32,000 nt of DNA from Wolbachia endosymbiont strain TRS of Brugia malayi. Lineage in GTDB: Bacteria > Pseudomonadota > Alphaproteobacteria > Rickettsiales > Anaplasmataceae. A program made the position numbers and the translations under genes. Positions 1 to 10,100 of the stretch are shown here, one piece after another. Location of the stretch: contig NC_006833.1 of the NCBI RefSeq assembly GCF_000008385.1, positions 1,048,085 to 1,080,084 on the forward strand. Direction: 5' to 3'. Position 1 is the stretch's first letter, and every line of letters starts with the position of its first letter. The notes under the pieces are model-generated. The model was not told where the DNA came from, searched no databases, and saw nothing but the letters and a program-made list of their open reading frames with translations.

Positions 1-1
1 G

Positions 2-349
2 CAACTTAGAATGAAAACAATGTTTTGCGAGCGCGTTAATGGCAAGTTTGAACTGCGCCGTGGATTTGAGATTAAACGAGGTGAGAAAATATTACTAGTT
101 GAAGATGTAATAACTACAGGCAAATCTTCACTTGAAGCTGTGAAATGTGCAGAAGATATGGGAGGTAAAGTCGTTGCTGAAGCTTCCCTAATAAAGAGAA
201 ATAGTGAAACAAAATTACCTTTTTCTATCATATCTTTACTTGAGCTCAGCATTAAAAATTACAGTGAAGCAGAGCTTCCTGAAGAATTGAAAAAACTGCC
301 TATAATCAAACCAGGGAGCAGAGAATATTTAAGTAATTGTTCAAAGTAA
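2..349 (+). CDS. pyrE: orotate phosphoribosyltransferase, C-terminal part (5' end outside the window)
   Basis: The reading frame is open from the window edge. It contains the PRPP-binding PRTase motif LLVEDVITTGKSS followed by GGKVV, preceded by ELRRGFEIKRGEKI as in alphaproteobacterial OPRTases. The motif sits too close to the apparent N-terminus for a complete protein. Confidence 0.6.
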   Translation, partial: QLRMKTMFCERVNGKFELRRGFEIKRGEKILLVEDVITTGKSSLEAVKCAEDMGGKVVAEASLIKRNSETKLPFSIISLLELSIKNYSEAELPEELKKLPIIKPGSREYLSNCSK

Positions 350-644
350 TCTTATTTTCAATATCATCTAAGTAACTCATAGAAATGCAAAAATTTGCTT
401 GACAGGTTTAATAGTCTTCTTATCATAGTATTAAAGCTATTTATTTATCTTCATAATCTGTGCAGGTCAATGACAAAAAATTTAGGGTATTAGGTGTATT
501 ATATTTAATTTTTTGTACTATATGTACCTTATGTCTTTGTAAATCTGGGTTTTTATCTATATAAGCATGAAATATGCTTATATAGCGTTTAAGATAGTAG
601 AAAATGTCAAATTGATAAGGGAATACTTGAATACTAGCTATCTT

Positions 645-1020
645 AGGGTTTTTTGCCTTTTTTCCTGCTTAGATAAGTTTCTTAACATTAGGTTAGATAA
701 AAATAGCCGAATCACAGCGTTTAGAATAGAAAACGCCAATATTTGAGGTACATATGGATAACTAGCCAACCACAGGGGTTTCTTTTACCTTCTTTTCTAT
801 TTGTTAAATTTCTTAGTATTTGTAGCTGAAGCAATTTAGGAACAAACGAAAATAGTGTCACGCACTAGTATGACAAGAAGAGGGTACTGGAATGACAGGA
901 GAAGGAAGCACTGAGGTAACAAATAAAGAGATATTAGAATTACACTCTTCCCCTTTAGACGGTTAAATCACGACATTTATGTAGTCATGTGTCAGCTATT
1001 TTCATGACAGGAAGAAAGTG
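645..1020 (+). repeat. composite intergenic repeat region: two copies of a roughly 50-bp T-rich module (645-689, 774-828) plus 20-nt palindromes TGTCA-N10-TGACA (856-875, 990-1009)
   Basis: Direct comparison shows the same modules, in the same order and with similar spacing, at 20149-20470. The module alone also occurs at 27541-27589 and 30320-30355 on the opposite strand. Confidence 0.75.
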
Positions 1021-1030
1021 CTGAATTACG

Positions 1031-2284
1031 TATCCATTCAGCGGAGTAGCAAAATAAGATAGACAAGGTAGTATAAAAGATAACGATAGAGCAAAAGTGA
1101 GGTAATATGGTAAATCTTTTAGAACTTTACAGAAGTCTGGAGCAGAAAATAGCAAAGTTAGAAACAAAAATAGAAAGATTGGAAAGAGAGAATGAAAGTC
1201 TAAAGGCAGAGAACAAGACTTTGAAGATAGAAAATGCTGAGTTAAAGGAAAAGCTCGGTTTAAATTCAAAAAATTCATTATGTGATAAACCATACATCCA
1301 CCAAGTTGATCTTCCGAAGATCGAGTCTTATGTAATGGAATATCAACTTACCGGAAGGTGTTATACCAGACACATTTAGGCCAAGGGTTAAGTTGATAAT
1401 TGCAGCATTCAGCAAGTTTTATAAAAATTCGAAATATGGAATAGCGAATATTATAATGACATTTTCAATGTGAACATAAGTGTTGGTAGCATATCAAACA
1501 GTGAACATAGAATAGCTTCAAAATGTGAAGAAATGTATTAGCAGATTAAACAAGAAGTAAGTACAAGCAAAGTTCTTTATATTGACGAAACCAGCCATTA
1601 CAATAAAGGTAAGCTTAGTTAGTGCTGGATGTTTACAAGTAATACGGCAAGTTTTGTAAAGTTGACAGAGTTAAGAGGAATGAAAGTTTAAAAAAATAGT
1701 AAATTCTGCAATTGTCATAGCTTAGTAATAACTAACAGGTATGCAGCATACGGTTATTTTACTGATAAAAAGAGACAGATTTGTTGGACTCATTTATCAA
1801 GAGATTTTGAAAGATTAGCCTATAGTTGTAACAGAGAAGTCAAAGTTCTCGCCTGTTATTTAAGAAACGTTGCTGCTGAGTTATTTGCACTAAAAGAGCC
1901 TTACTAAAGAATGAGATAGATATTTTAAGATTTGTCAGGCGTACCAGAAAATTGTGAAAGTGCACAAGGTATTACTTGAAGGAGATATCCCAGTTACCTA
2001 AAACAATTGGAGCCTCTCGAGTTGCAAAAAATATTTTGAAGTTGAAAGGACGATGTGGAAATTTTTGGATGAACCAGGAAACATTCTGCTAACGAACAAC
2101 CATACTGAACGGCAAACACTGCATTATATCGTTTATACAAAAATCCATATTTTACATAATCGGGACAAAGAAATGCATTTTTTGAATGGGTAATTTCATT
2201 ATACTTAACATGGAAACAAAAGGAGCTAAATCCTTTCCATAATCTCCTATCTATCGTCTCTCACACCGCTTAGCTGAATGGATA
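1031..2284 (+). mobile_element. decayed, internally deleted IS66-family insertion sequence, copy 1 (transposase pseudogene)
   Basis: Terminal inverted repeats are tatccattcagc (1031-1042) and gctgaatggata (2273-2284). An N-terminal leucine-zipper ORF (1107-1379) ends in LGLNSKNS. Downstream frames carry IS66-type DDE-region motifs: YIDETSHYNKGKLS*CWMF, NRYAAYGYF..RQICWTHLSRDFERL and LLTNNHTER. These are interrupted by multiple stops and frameshifts. The sequence is identical by eye to 27704-28957. Confidence 0.8.
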
Positions 2285-2438
2285 TAGAAAATAAATTTAT
2301 TAATAATATACGTAAATATTTAACAAACCGTGGACTCAATGAAAAACTTGAACTAGAAGACTACCTTGATAAAGGTGATATTACCAAAAGTTTGATCGGA
2401 ATAGAACTGAGGTCCACCAATGAAGAGTATATACAAGT

Positions 2439-2987
2439 TTAAGTTGATAGAGAAAGAAAAATTATTCTTGCTATACCGTAAGTACGTTCCAAGATTACAC
2501 TAAAGTTTTTACTGCACTGAAAATCTTCGTTTTTTCTAACCTCTAAAATTATCAATGCATCGTCACTTAACCATCCTGAATTAGCCAATCCGTCTAAAGT
2601 TGAGTTAACTAGATTACTATAATAAGGCGGATCTATAAAAACTATGTCACATTTTGAAACAGGTTTTGGCAATGCGTTAGCACTGCAACAAATTAGTGTA
2701 ATACTGTCTGTAATACCAAGATCTTTTGCTGTTTTTTCAGGTAATTGCAAATTGTAATAGTCTAAATCTACTATGAATGCATGTTTGGCACCGCGAGAAA
2801 GCGCTTCAAATGAAAAAGAACCACTTCCACAGAATAAATCAAGTATATTCAAGTTGTAAATAATTTTTTTCGAGGAGAGTATGTTAAATACTGCTTCTCG
2901 GACAATGCTCATAGTTGGTCGCGCAGCTAAATGCTTGCCTGTGGCTATTCTTCTTCCACGATACTTTCCTGCAATAATACGCAGCAT
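2439..2987 (-). CDS. rsmD: 16S rRNA (guanine966-N2)-methyltransferase RsmD family
   Basis: ATG start. N-terminus is MLRIIAGKYRGRRI..RPT..VREAVFNIL. The SAM-binding motif LDLFCGSGSFSFEALSRGA and the DPPY motif (FIDPPY) are both present. Confidence 0.8.
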   Translation of the reverse strand: MLRIIAGKYRGRRIATGKHLAARPTMSIVREAVFNILSSKKIIYNLNILDLFCGSGSFSFEALSRGAKHAFIVDLDYYNLQLPEKTAKDLGITDSITLICCSANALPKPVSKCDIVFIDPPYYSNLVNSTLDGLANSGWLSDDALIILEVRKNEDFQCSKNFSVILERTYGIARIIFLSLST

Positions 2988-3103
2988 ACTAAATGAGCTC
3001 CAAAGTAACTAATTATTTAACAATACATAATTAATGTCAATACGACTTTAGCAGATTAATAAGAAGATACCACCAGAATTGCTTACATCAAACACAAGAT
3101 CAA

Positions 3104-3736
3104 TCAATCACTTTTTTTTGATTTATCAACTATATCGATTGCATGACCAATCTCATCCTGTAAGTCATCATGGTCATCCCTTTCATCATGGGTTAATCCT
3201 TCAATTCTGCTTTCTAACTCCAACTTAATCATAGTATTAATTTTGTCTATGTTATTGAGAAAGCTTTTACATTCTTCATCGCTATATTTCTCACCAGATG
3301 CCCTTTTTTCGATAAATAGACTTTTAAATTCTGCTAAATTAGAATTCTGATCATTATTGAGTACAACATTTCTCTCGATGAAGCTAAGATCTGACAGCAG
3401 TAAACTAACCTCTAATAGATCTTCGCTTTTAATGTCTACAAGATCATCAAGATTGTTTAAAACATCAAGCACCTTAAGCTCTTCCTGCACAATTTCTCGA
3501 TCTTCCTGATCAAATTCAGACAACAATCCTCTATCATTTATGAGTTTCTCACTAAGGGCTTTATCTAGCTTTGAAAGATTAATGTCATTTTGTTTAGTGT
3601 TATCCAGCAATAAGTCCACTCTTGCTCTGCGCGCATTCAAAACGTCATTATAGTCATTTAACTTTATGTTACCATAATCGTCTTGTTGCAGTTTATAATA
3701 ATCAAAGCCCTTGAAATTTTTTTTACTAGCTTTCAT
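3104..3736 (-). CDS. hypothetical acidic, predicted helical protein tightly coupled to the 3' end of the virB operon
   Basis: The ORF runs 3104-3751, but codon 1 at 3751 is GTG. The in-frame ATG at 3736 is preceded by AGGA with about 5-nt spacing. The virB6-4 stop codon (3744-3746) lies 7 nt upstream of that ATG, or overlaps if the GTG is used. The protein is rich in D/E/L/N, with no signal peptide, no TM segment and no motif I recognise. Confidence 0.55.
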   Translation of the reverse strand: MKASKKNFKGFDYYKLQQDDYGNIKLNDYNDVLNARRARVDLLLDNTKQNDINLSKLDKALSEKLINDRGLLSEFDQEDREIVQEELKVLDVLNNLDDLVDIKSEDLLEVSLLLSDLSFIERNVVLNNDQNSNLAEFKSLFIEKRASGEKYSDEECKSFLNNIDKINTMIKLELESRIEGLTHDERDDHDDLQDEIGHAIDIVDKSKKSD

Positions 3737-3743
3737 TGTTATC

Positions 3744-6700
3744 CTATTCACTATTTCTATCTTTTGTTAGCTTATTCGATACACCTCTTTTTATTAATTC
3801 ATTCGATAGATTCCTGTCTTGTTTTAAACCTGGTGTATTAGGTTGACTGTTATCATCTTTATCTTTATACCTCTCCGGTTTCCTCTTGCGCCCTATGGTG
3901 TCATCATGAAGTTTTTCTAAGAACGCTTTCCTGTATTCTTTTATCCTATAAAGTAGATTATGGTTATAGCCATGCTTTCCTATAGAATCAAGACCATGTC
4001 TCCAAGTAAACTTCATGGCATCTTCTATTGTGTAGCCCAAATGTGATCCTACATATCTTTTGTAATAATCTAAATATCTACCAATCCTCCTGTGTGTGAT
4101 ATCTTCTTTATCAACTCCAAATGCTCTGTAAATTCTTTCTTCAAGCTTATCAACGTCATTTTCAGGTGATATTGTAAATTTTGTTGCCTCAACCGTAGTA
4201 CCTACAAGCCTACGTGGTATATCAATAGCATGTTTCAATACACCTCCCACCTTTGGTATTCTGCCTAATAAATTAGCTGTACCTCCAGCCAATTGGTTAG
4301 GGAGCCCAGTAGCAAATTTACTGAGAGTATCTAACCTTCCACCAACTGCATCTTGCCACAAATGCTTAGGCATAGAAATAGCATGCATTAAGCTAATGTC
4401 TTGTCCACCTACTTTAAATGGCAAATTAATTTGGGGTAATATACCACCTCCTTCATACATTTTAGATATATTGTAAACGCTGTATCCACCACCAGTTATA
4501 CTTGAGCCTATTTGTTGTACAAACTCGCGTAAGTAGAACATTAAAAATGAAAGTAAGAATAATATAAAGATCTCTCCTGCATTGATTAAATAACCTCTCT
4601 GTATGTCTTGTACCCTTTGGTAATCGCTATTTTCTTGATAGCCTTTGCAATCTTTGCATCTCTGACAGCATTCACTGTTGGAATCATGGATTTTCAGTAT
4701 TCTACAACCTTGATTTTCTACCACACTCTGCACTAAAGACCTTATTTCACTTTTTAAATTTGGTCGAATGATGCCCTTTCTGTGGTCGCCTATTATTTCC
4801 TCATAATTTTTGCATTTTTCTTCATATTGTTGAGATTGACAATAACGCCTTTTTATCTCACCACCTATCTTTTTATCTATACTGTCAATCAACAATAGAA
4901 TATCAGCCTTTTCTACTGCATGTAGCAAACTATTTGTTAAACGTACTAGGTCTTTTGCACTGCAACTATCATCAACTATAATGTCATTTTCTGCTATATA
5001 ATGGTCCGCTGGATTATCTTTAGTGCCAGGAATTATTGGATTGAAGAAAGGATAATCTATATAACGAAAACCTTTTATATATTCACCGCTTTCATTTTTA
5101 GGGTAATCCGGTGGGAGAGGGATATATCCAGCACCTCCAGTAAATTTTATTGTACCACCTTCTCTGCTTAATTTTTCTACACCCTCTATGCTTTTGTCTA
5201 CATTCAGTGGGGAAGCCTCTCCAATAGAGTAGGGCACAAAAATTTGCCCAGGAGTCCAACCAAAGTATTGCTTATCAATGATACAAAAACCACCAAATAC
5301 CCATTTTGGAGCACATAACCTCACTTCAAACCACTTATTGTAGCATACAGTGAAACCTAACTGTCTGTAAAAGGTATTCATTATGATTGCAGCCAGCAAT
5401 GACAGCAGGGTAAATATTATAATTGATTGCAAACAGAAACTAATACAAAATTTTATCCAACCTTCAAATAAGCTTTTTAGCGGTGAAAATAAAATAGAGA
5501 TTAGAAACAGTGGCATTATAGCTATAAGAAAAGCTATACCTACAAAGCCCGAAAGAAATATTATGTAAGCATACAAACACAACAGAAAATATAAGACGAT
5601 CCCTATGAAAATTGCTGGCACCATAAGAATGCTTGACCACATTTGGTAATGCAAAAACGCCGCAAACTTTTTCCAAACGGAGTAAGCAAAAAACTTGTTA
5701 AACATATCTTCCATAGAGCTAAACAACTTAACACGAGCTTCATCTCCTTGAGCAATGCTTGAATCACTTCCGGTGTTCATGTTGGGAGCAAAATTAGTAA
5801 TTATACTTATCAATTGTTCAAGGCCTTTAACGAATAAAATAAGAAAATGATCATAGAAAAACTTGAAGCTTCCAGGAGATATAAGCACTATTACTAGAGT
5901 GATTTTCATCATCCTGATGAGCATATCATGCTTAGTTTCTCGTATCATACCAAAAAGATAAAGAAGCGATGAGACTACTATGAATAGAACAAGCAAAGAA
6001 AGAACAAAATTGTGAAAGCTCGTGCTTTTTTCCGCTATGTTTTGAAATATAGCTTGTGCAGCTGCAGGATCTTTACTGTCAAAATGCTTTTCACAATTTT
6101 CGTTAATCAATAATGCACATTTTAAATAGTTATAAACGTAATCAAAAAATCCAAAGGTACTTGGCTTCTGCACTCCACTCAAAAATTCAAAGGAGTAGCC
6201 ACCTACATTATCTAAGTAATATCTGTCTAATATTTTTACATATATTTTCCATCCCTTTTTTAATTTCACTGTATCACAATTTTGGTCCTTTAATTTAGTG
6301 CTATTTCTTTCTAGAGTAAACAGTCCACTTCCGTCTTCTGCTGTAGAGTTGTAACCTAAATGTACAGTGGGAAATGAAGGATTACGCATTGATTGCAGAC
6401 TTTCATTAGGGTTGCCATCACCTGATTTAAATAGAAGATAAGCGCCATAACCTTTGGTAAACCAACATGGAGCCCCACGTGACACTGTACTCTTGCTATC
6501 ATCTTTATTAATGCAGTTACAACTCACAGTGCAACTTGCGTTAAGATTACTTGAAACGTTCTGTGGTGTACTAGGTTTATAATCATTACAAACCAAGTGA
6601 AAGTTAGGCAAATTATCATCACCTTGTTCGCCTTCAAATCTGGTTGCATATTTTAGCTGCTCTAAACTTTGCAAACTGTAACTACCTTGAGATTCTCTTT

Positions 6701-7037
6701 TGTTATTATTACTCCAAGATGTCCATGCACCATTAACTCGCACTATTAAATCATCTCCATTGGTTTCTAGTCCAGTATCTTTCCATTTCACCACTTGGTT
6801 ATGGTGAAAACCATAATTAATTTCGCCAGTATCAGGGTCAATAATCTCTCCATCATCTGGAAAAAACGCATTATGACCGATTGGAAAATGAGCACCAACC
6901 GTAATAGGTTCAGGACCAAAATAGTCAGCAGATATACATCTTGGAAAAGGCATATCATGCTTATCACAACCTGTTATCAGCACATAAGCTGTAAGAAGTA
7001 GTAACCTAAACCAAAATTTGCTTAAGCATAACTGCAT
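3744..7037 (-). CDS. virB6: VirB6/TrbL-family T4SS inner-membrane protein, paralogue 4 (1097 aa, extended)
   Basis: ATG start. The signal peptide has a lipobox (LITGC). A large Cys-containing N-terminal domain precedes a polytopic TM block with paralogue-conserved motifs (RMMKITLVIV; PLFLISILFSPLKSLFEGWIKF). Further downstream are a Cys-rich insert, an extra TM segment (IFILFLLSFLMFY) and a hydrophilic C-terminal domain of about 300 aa. Confidence 0.85.
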   Translation of the reverse strand: MQLCLSKFWFRLLLLTAYVLITGCDKHDMPFPRCISADYFGPEPITVGAHFPIGHNAFFPDDGEIIDPDTGEINYGFHHNQVVKWKDTGLETNGDDLIVRVNGAWTSWSNNNKRESQGSYSLQSLEQLKYATRFEGEQGDDNLPNFHLVCNDYKPSTPQNVSSNLNASCTVSCNCINKDDSKSTVSRGAPCWFTKGYGAYLLFKSGDGNPNESLQSMRNPSFPTVHLGYNSTAEDGSGLFTLERNSTKLKDQNCDTVKLKKGWKIYVKILDRYYLDNVGGYSFEFLSGVQKPSTFGFFDYVYNYLKCALLINENCEKHFDSKDPAAAQAIFQNIAEKSTSFHNFVLSLLVLFIVVSSLLYLFGMIRETKHDMLIRMMKITLVIVLISPGSFKFFYDHFLILFVKGLEQLISIITNFAPNMNTGSDSSIAQGDEARVKLFSSMEDMFNKFFAYSVWKKFAAFLHYQMWSSILMVPAIFIGIVLYFLLCLYAYIIFLSGFVGIAFLIAIMPLFLISILFSPLKSLFEGWIKFCISFCLQSIIIFTLLSLLAAIIMNTFYRQLGFTVCYNKWFEVRLCAPKWVFGGFCIIDKQYFGWTPGQIFVPYSIGEASPLNVDKSIEGVEKLSREGGTIKFTGGAGYIPLPPDYPKNESGEYIKGFRYIDYPFFNPIIPGTKDNPADHYIAENDIIVDDSCSAKDLVRLTNSLLHAVEKADILLLIDSIDKKIGGEIKRRYCQSQQYEEKCKNYEEIIGDHRKGIIRPNLKSEIRSLVQSVVENQGCRILKIHDSNSECCQRCKDCKGYQENSDYQRVQDIQRGYLINAGEIFILFLLSFLMFYLREFVQQIGSSITGGGYSVYNISKMYEGGGILPQINLPFKVGGQDISLMHAISMPKHLWQDAVGGRLDTLSKFATGLPNQLAGGTANLLGRIPKVGGVLKHAIDIPRRLVGTTVEATKFTISPENDVDKLEERIYRAFGVDKEDITHRRIGRYLDYYKRYVGSHLGYTIEDAMKFTWRHGLDSIGKHGYNHNLLYRIKEYRKAFLEKLHDDTIGRKRKPERYKDKDDNSQPNTPGLKQDRNLSNELIKRGVSNKLTKDRNSE

Positions 7038-7132
7038 ATCTAAACTTTTTCCAAATATAGAAATAAATTTCTAAAACTTTATTTAAAACATCTTTTTAAT
7101 TAGTTACTACATGATAATCATATCCTCTCCTT

Positions 7133-10100
7133 CTAATTCTTTTTCTCATCCTCCTTAGATTGGTGATCATCACTAGAAGTGCTTGTTGCTTCACCAGAAT
7201 CTTCTTGATTACTGCGTTTTTTTTTGCTCGGTGCTTTTAGTTGTTCCTCAGTTTGTTTTTGCTTTTTCTTTGCATCTTTCCCATCATCAGGTTTTTCTTT
7301 GTTTGATACGTCTGATAATTTCTCAGCTTGGCTTTCCTTGGGCGTTGGAAGCTGAGCTTTAATTTCTGCTGGATCTTTATGTATAGCTCCTCTAATCCGT
7401 TTAATATTTCCTTGAGTATCACGATCAAGGCCAACAGTTGACAATATAGATTGTGATGCACTACTGGCAACATTACTCACACCATTTATAATTCCATAAC
7501 CGGCGCCAAATATCGCTTGCGCTACAGCTTCTGATGCACCAACAAAAACTTCCATTGTGCCAGCAATAATTAGGTATATAAATGCCTGGATTAGATCTAT
7601 AGGCAATGCTGCAAAGTGTCCACCAGTTCTTTCTCCGGTGTTGAGTGCAACATCAACGCTAGTACCAGGATTGTATCCAAGAGGCAGTATTGATTTCATA
7701 ATACAAAGATCGTACGATAAGAAATTTACGCTAATTAAGCATTGGTAGCATGCAGAAAAATTCGTGAGGTTATACAAGGCTGAATACATCAATTGGTTTA
7801 AAATAGATAAAGATGAAAATAAGACTACTGGTTGCACTACAACATGAGCCAGAGTTTTTATCCAGTTGTCAAACAGAGATTTAGTCTGTTGAAATAAAAT
7901 AAATATAATAAATAAAGGTGTTAATGACAGCAAAAACGCTACTAGAATAGTAGATATTACATATTTAAATGTAGCACTAATAATACATTGTAAGAATGTA
8001 AAACTAGCATGGAGTATTATCAGGAAAGTTACGAAACCAAAAGGACCAGCGAGCATTAATGATAGAAACTTTAACCAAGTCTCCCCTGTGAATAATACTC
8101 CCGCTGTTAAGTCTAAGAATGCAAATCTTTCACTTCCCTCTCCTATGTAGCCAGAGAAACTATCAACTAGATAAGTGCTACCATCCATAAAAAGTTTAGA
8201 TAAAGTCATGCCAAAGAGTTCCCAACTTCTGTCACTAAGGGCAAAAGCTATAAATGCTATCTTCATCATCCTTATAATAAAGTCAAATTTACTTAGCTGT
8301 ATTGTTCCAAGCATATAGCCAACAACAGTAAATATAACGTATAGAGTAAGCAAAGCTCTTACTCCTTGAAGGAGACTTTTTGTATATCCTTCATACGAAA
8401 CTTTAACGCTGTCGCCAATTACTTCTTTTTTTATAAAATTAAATATTTTGTTTATATTTGATGAAATAAAATCGTTAATCTTTCTTTTTATAAATAAGGT
8501 TACAATATACTTATTGTTTTCATAATATCTGCCATTTTTGTCTGTAATATCATCTTTCTCTGCACTTCTTACATCAATACCAAAATATATCTTTTTAGAT
8601 TCTCCGTCCCGAAAATGCTCTCCACTTATTACATCTAATATAATGTATTCATCTTTTCCCTTTCTTACTCCTACTATTTGGAAATCACTGGTTCCTATAC
8701 CGCGCAAATCTTTAGGTGGCTCATCACCTAAGTACATATATAGTTTTTGGCCATTAATATACTCACATGACCTAGTTACTTCAACATGGTAACCACCCCT
8801 ATTATAGTAGTAATGACCATAATCTGCAATAGCAAGCATTACACTACTATTAGGTTTTACACCTTCCATATCTATTGCATAATCATGGTTTAATCTTAAA
8901 GAAAAATGCCTAAAATTATCGTTTAACTCTGAGCACACCAAGTTCTCATGTGCTCCTTTTCTTTTCGGAAGACATTGGGTACCTTTAGCAGTATCCTTCA
9001 TATCATAACGTTCGCTTCCAGGAATGCTTGCACCACCTGGATCGCTTATCTTTGCAACAAGAGCCTCAGCTCTGGAAATATCCTTATCCTCTTCGTCATC
9101 TTCATCTCCGCTATCTTTATTATTTTTATTAACTTGCTCAGTATCTTGCTTATTTTGTTCAGTACTTTTCAGTCTCTTTTGAATTTCTTCAAGATAAGAA
9201 TACATATCACACTTATTCCCTTTATCATATTTATTATACCTTATAGAAGAAACACAGTTCCGTTCTTTGTTTTCATGTGAACTATAATTCCATATACCCC
9301 TCTCAGTATAGCACACGTTTTGATAGTAACAATTAAGCTCATAAGAGCTGTACTTCTTTATTTCGTCAGAATCGCATTTTCCTCTTTTGCATAATTGATC
9401 TAACTCTATTTTAGTAGAGCTCTGCTTTTGTATCTTGTTGAAGTCGCAGTCTTTTCCGTCACATAATTCATTTAACCCTATTTTAGTGCGACGTAAATCG
9501 AGCAACGAACCGTGCATCCATGGGCTTTCATCTTGAATATAGCCTCTATTAAAATGCACTTTATTATCATATGGAGTGTAGCCATTTCCAACCAGCACTT
9601 CTCTTCTTTCCATATTTTCTTTGCTGAGCTGTGGAAATTTTTCTGCAATTCTTTTACCATTGTTCTCACAATAAAACGTTCCTCCATTGAGCATGTCTTT
9701 TATTGTAGCTTTATCATCTCCTTTTTCAGTTCTATAACAATTATCATCAAAACTGATGCCTTTCCCTCCTGGATTGCCATGATCAATTGTTATCTCTCTA
9801 GGAACTAGTCTGAATCTTAGCCTATCACCAAAATTTACTTTGATTCCAGTATCAACATAACGTCTCTTGCTGTAGGATTGGCTGTTTCCGAATCCTACGT
9901 TTTTACACACTTCTTGTTCGTTAAGGCCAGAATTATTAATTAATTCATCACTGTAACTTGGTATCGAACCATCAGCACAAAATACAGCAGGGACAAGTAC
10001 TTTCCTTGGATTTTTGTCTTCTTTAAGAGGACAAAAATTGATTGATCCATCGAGAGTAAATTTGATTTCCTCACCTTTACTGATTACTTGACCGGAATCA

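Noticed and set aside
985-1293. 102-aa minus-strand ORF (and its twin at 27691-27966) across the start of each IS copy
   Set aside because: It is antisense to the leucine-zipper-coding, purine-rich region of the transposase. Its Phe/Leu/Ser-rich low-complexity translation is what the complement of an E/K/L-rich frame gives. It also runs across the IS terminus into unrelated flanks that differ between the two copies.
5383-9808. Numerous 60-110 aa ORFs on the plus strand inside the virB6 genes (for example 5383-5568, 6113-6298, 6795-7001, 8538-8792, 8948-9280, 9512-9808), and similar ones at 10739-12529, 13703-15405 and 16396-17031
   Set aside because: They are shadow ORFs antisense to, or out of frame with, long well-supported genes in AT-rich DNA. 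Their translations are low-complexity (Ile/Phe/Ser/Leu-rich), and they lack ribosome-binding sites and recognisable motifs.
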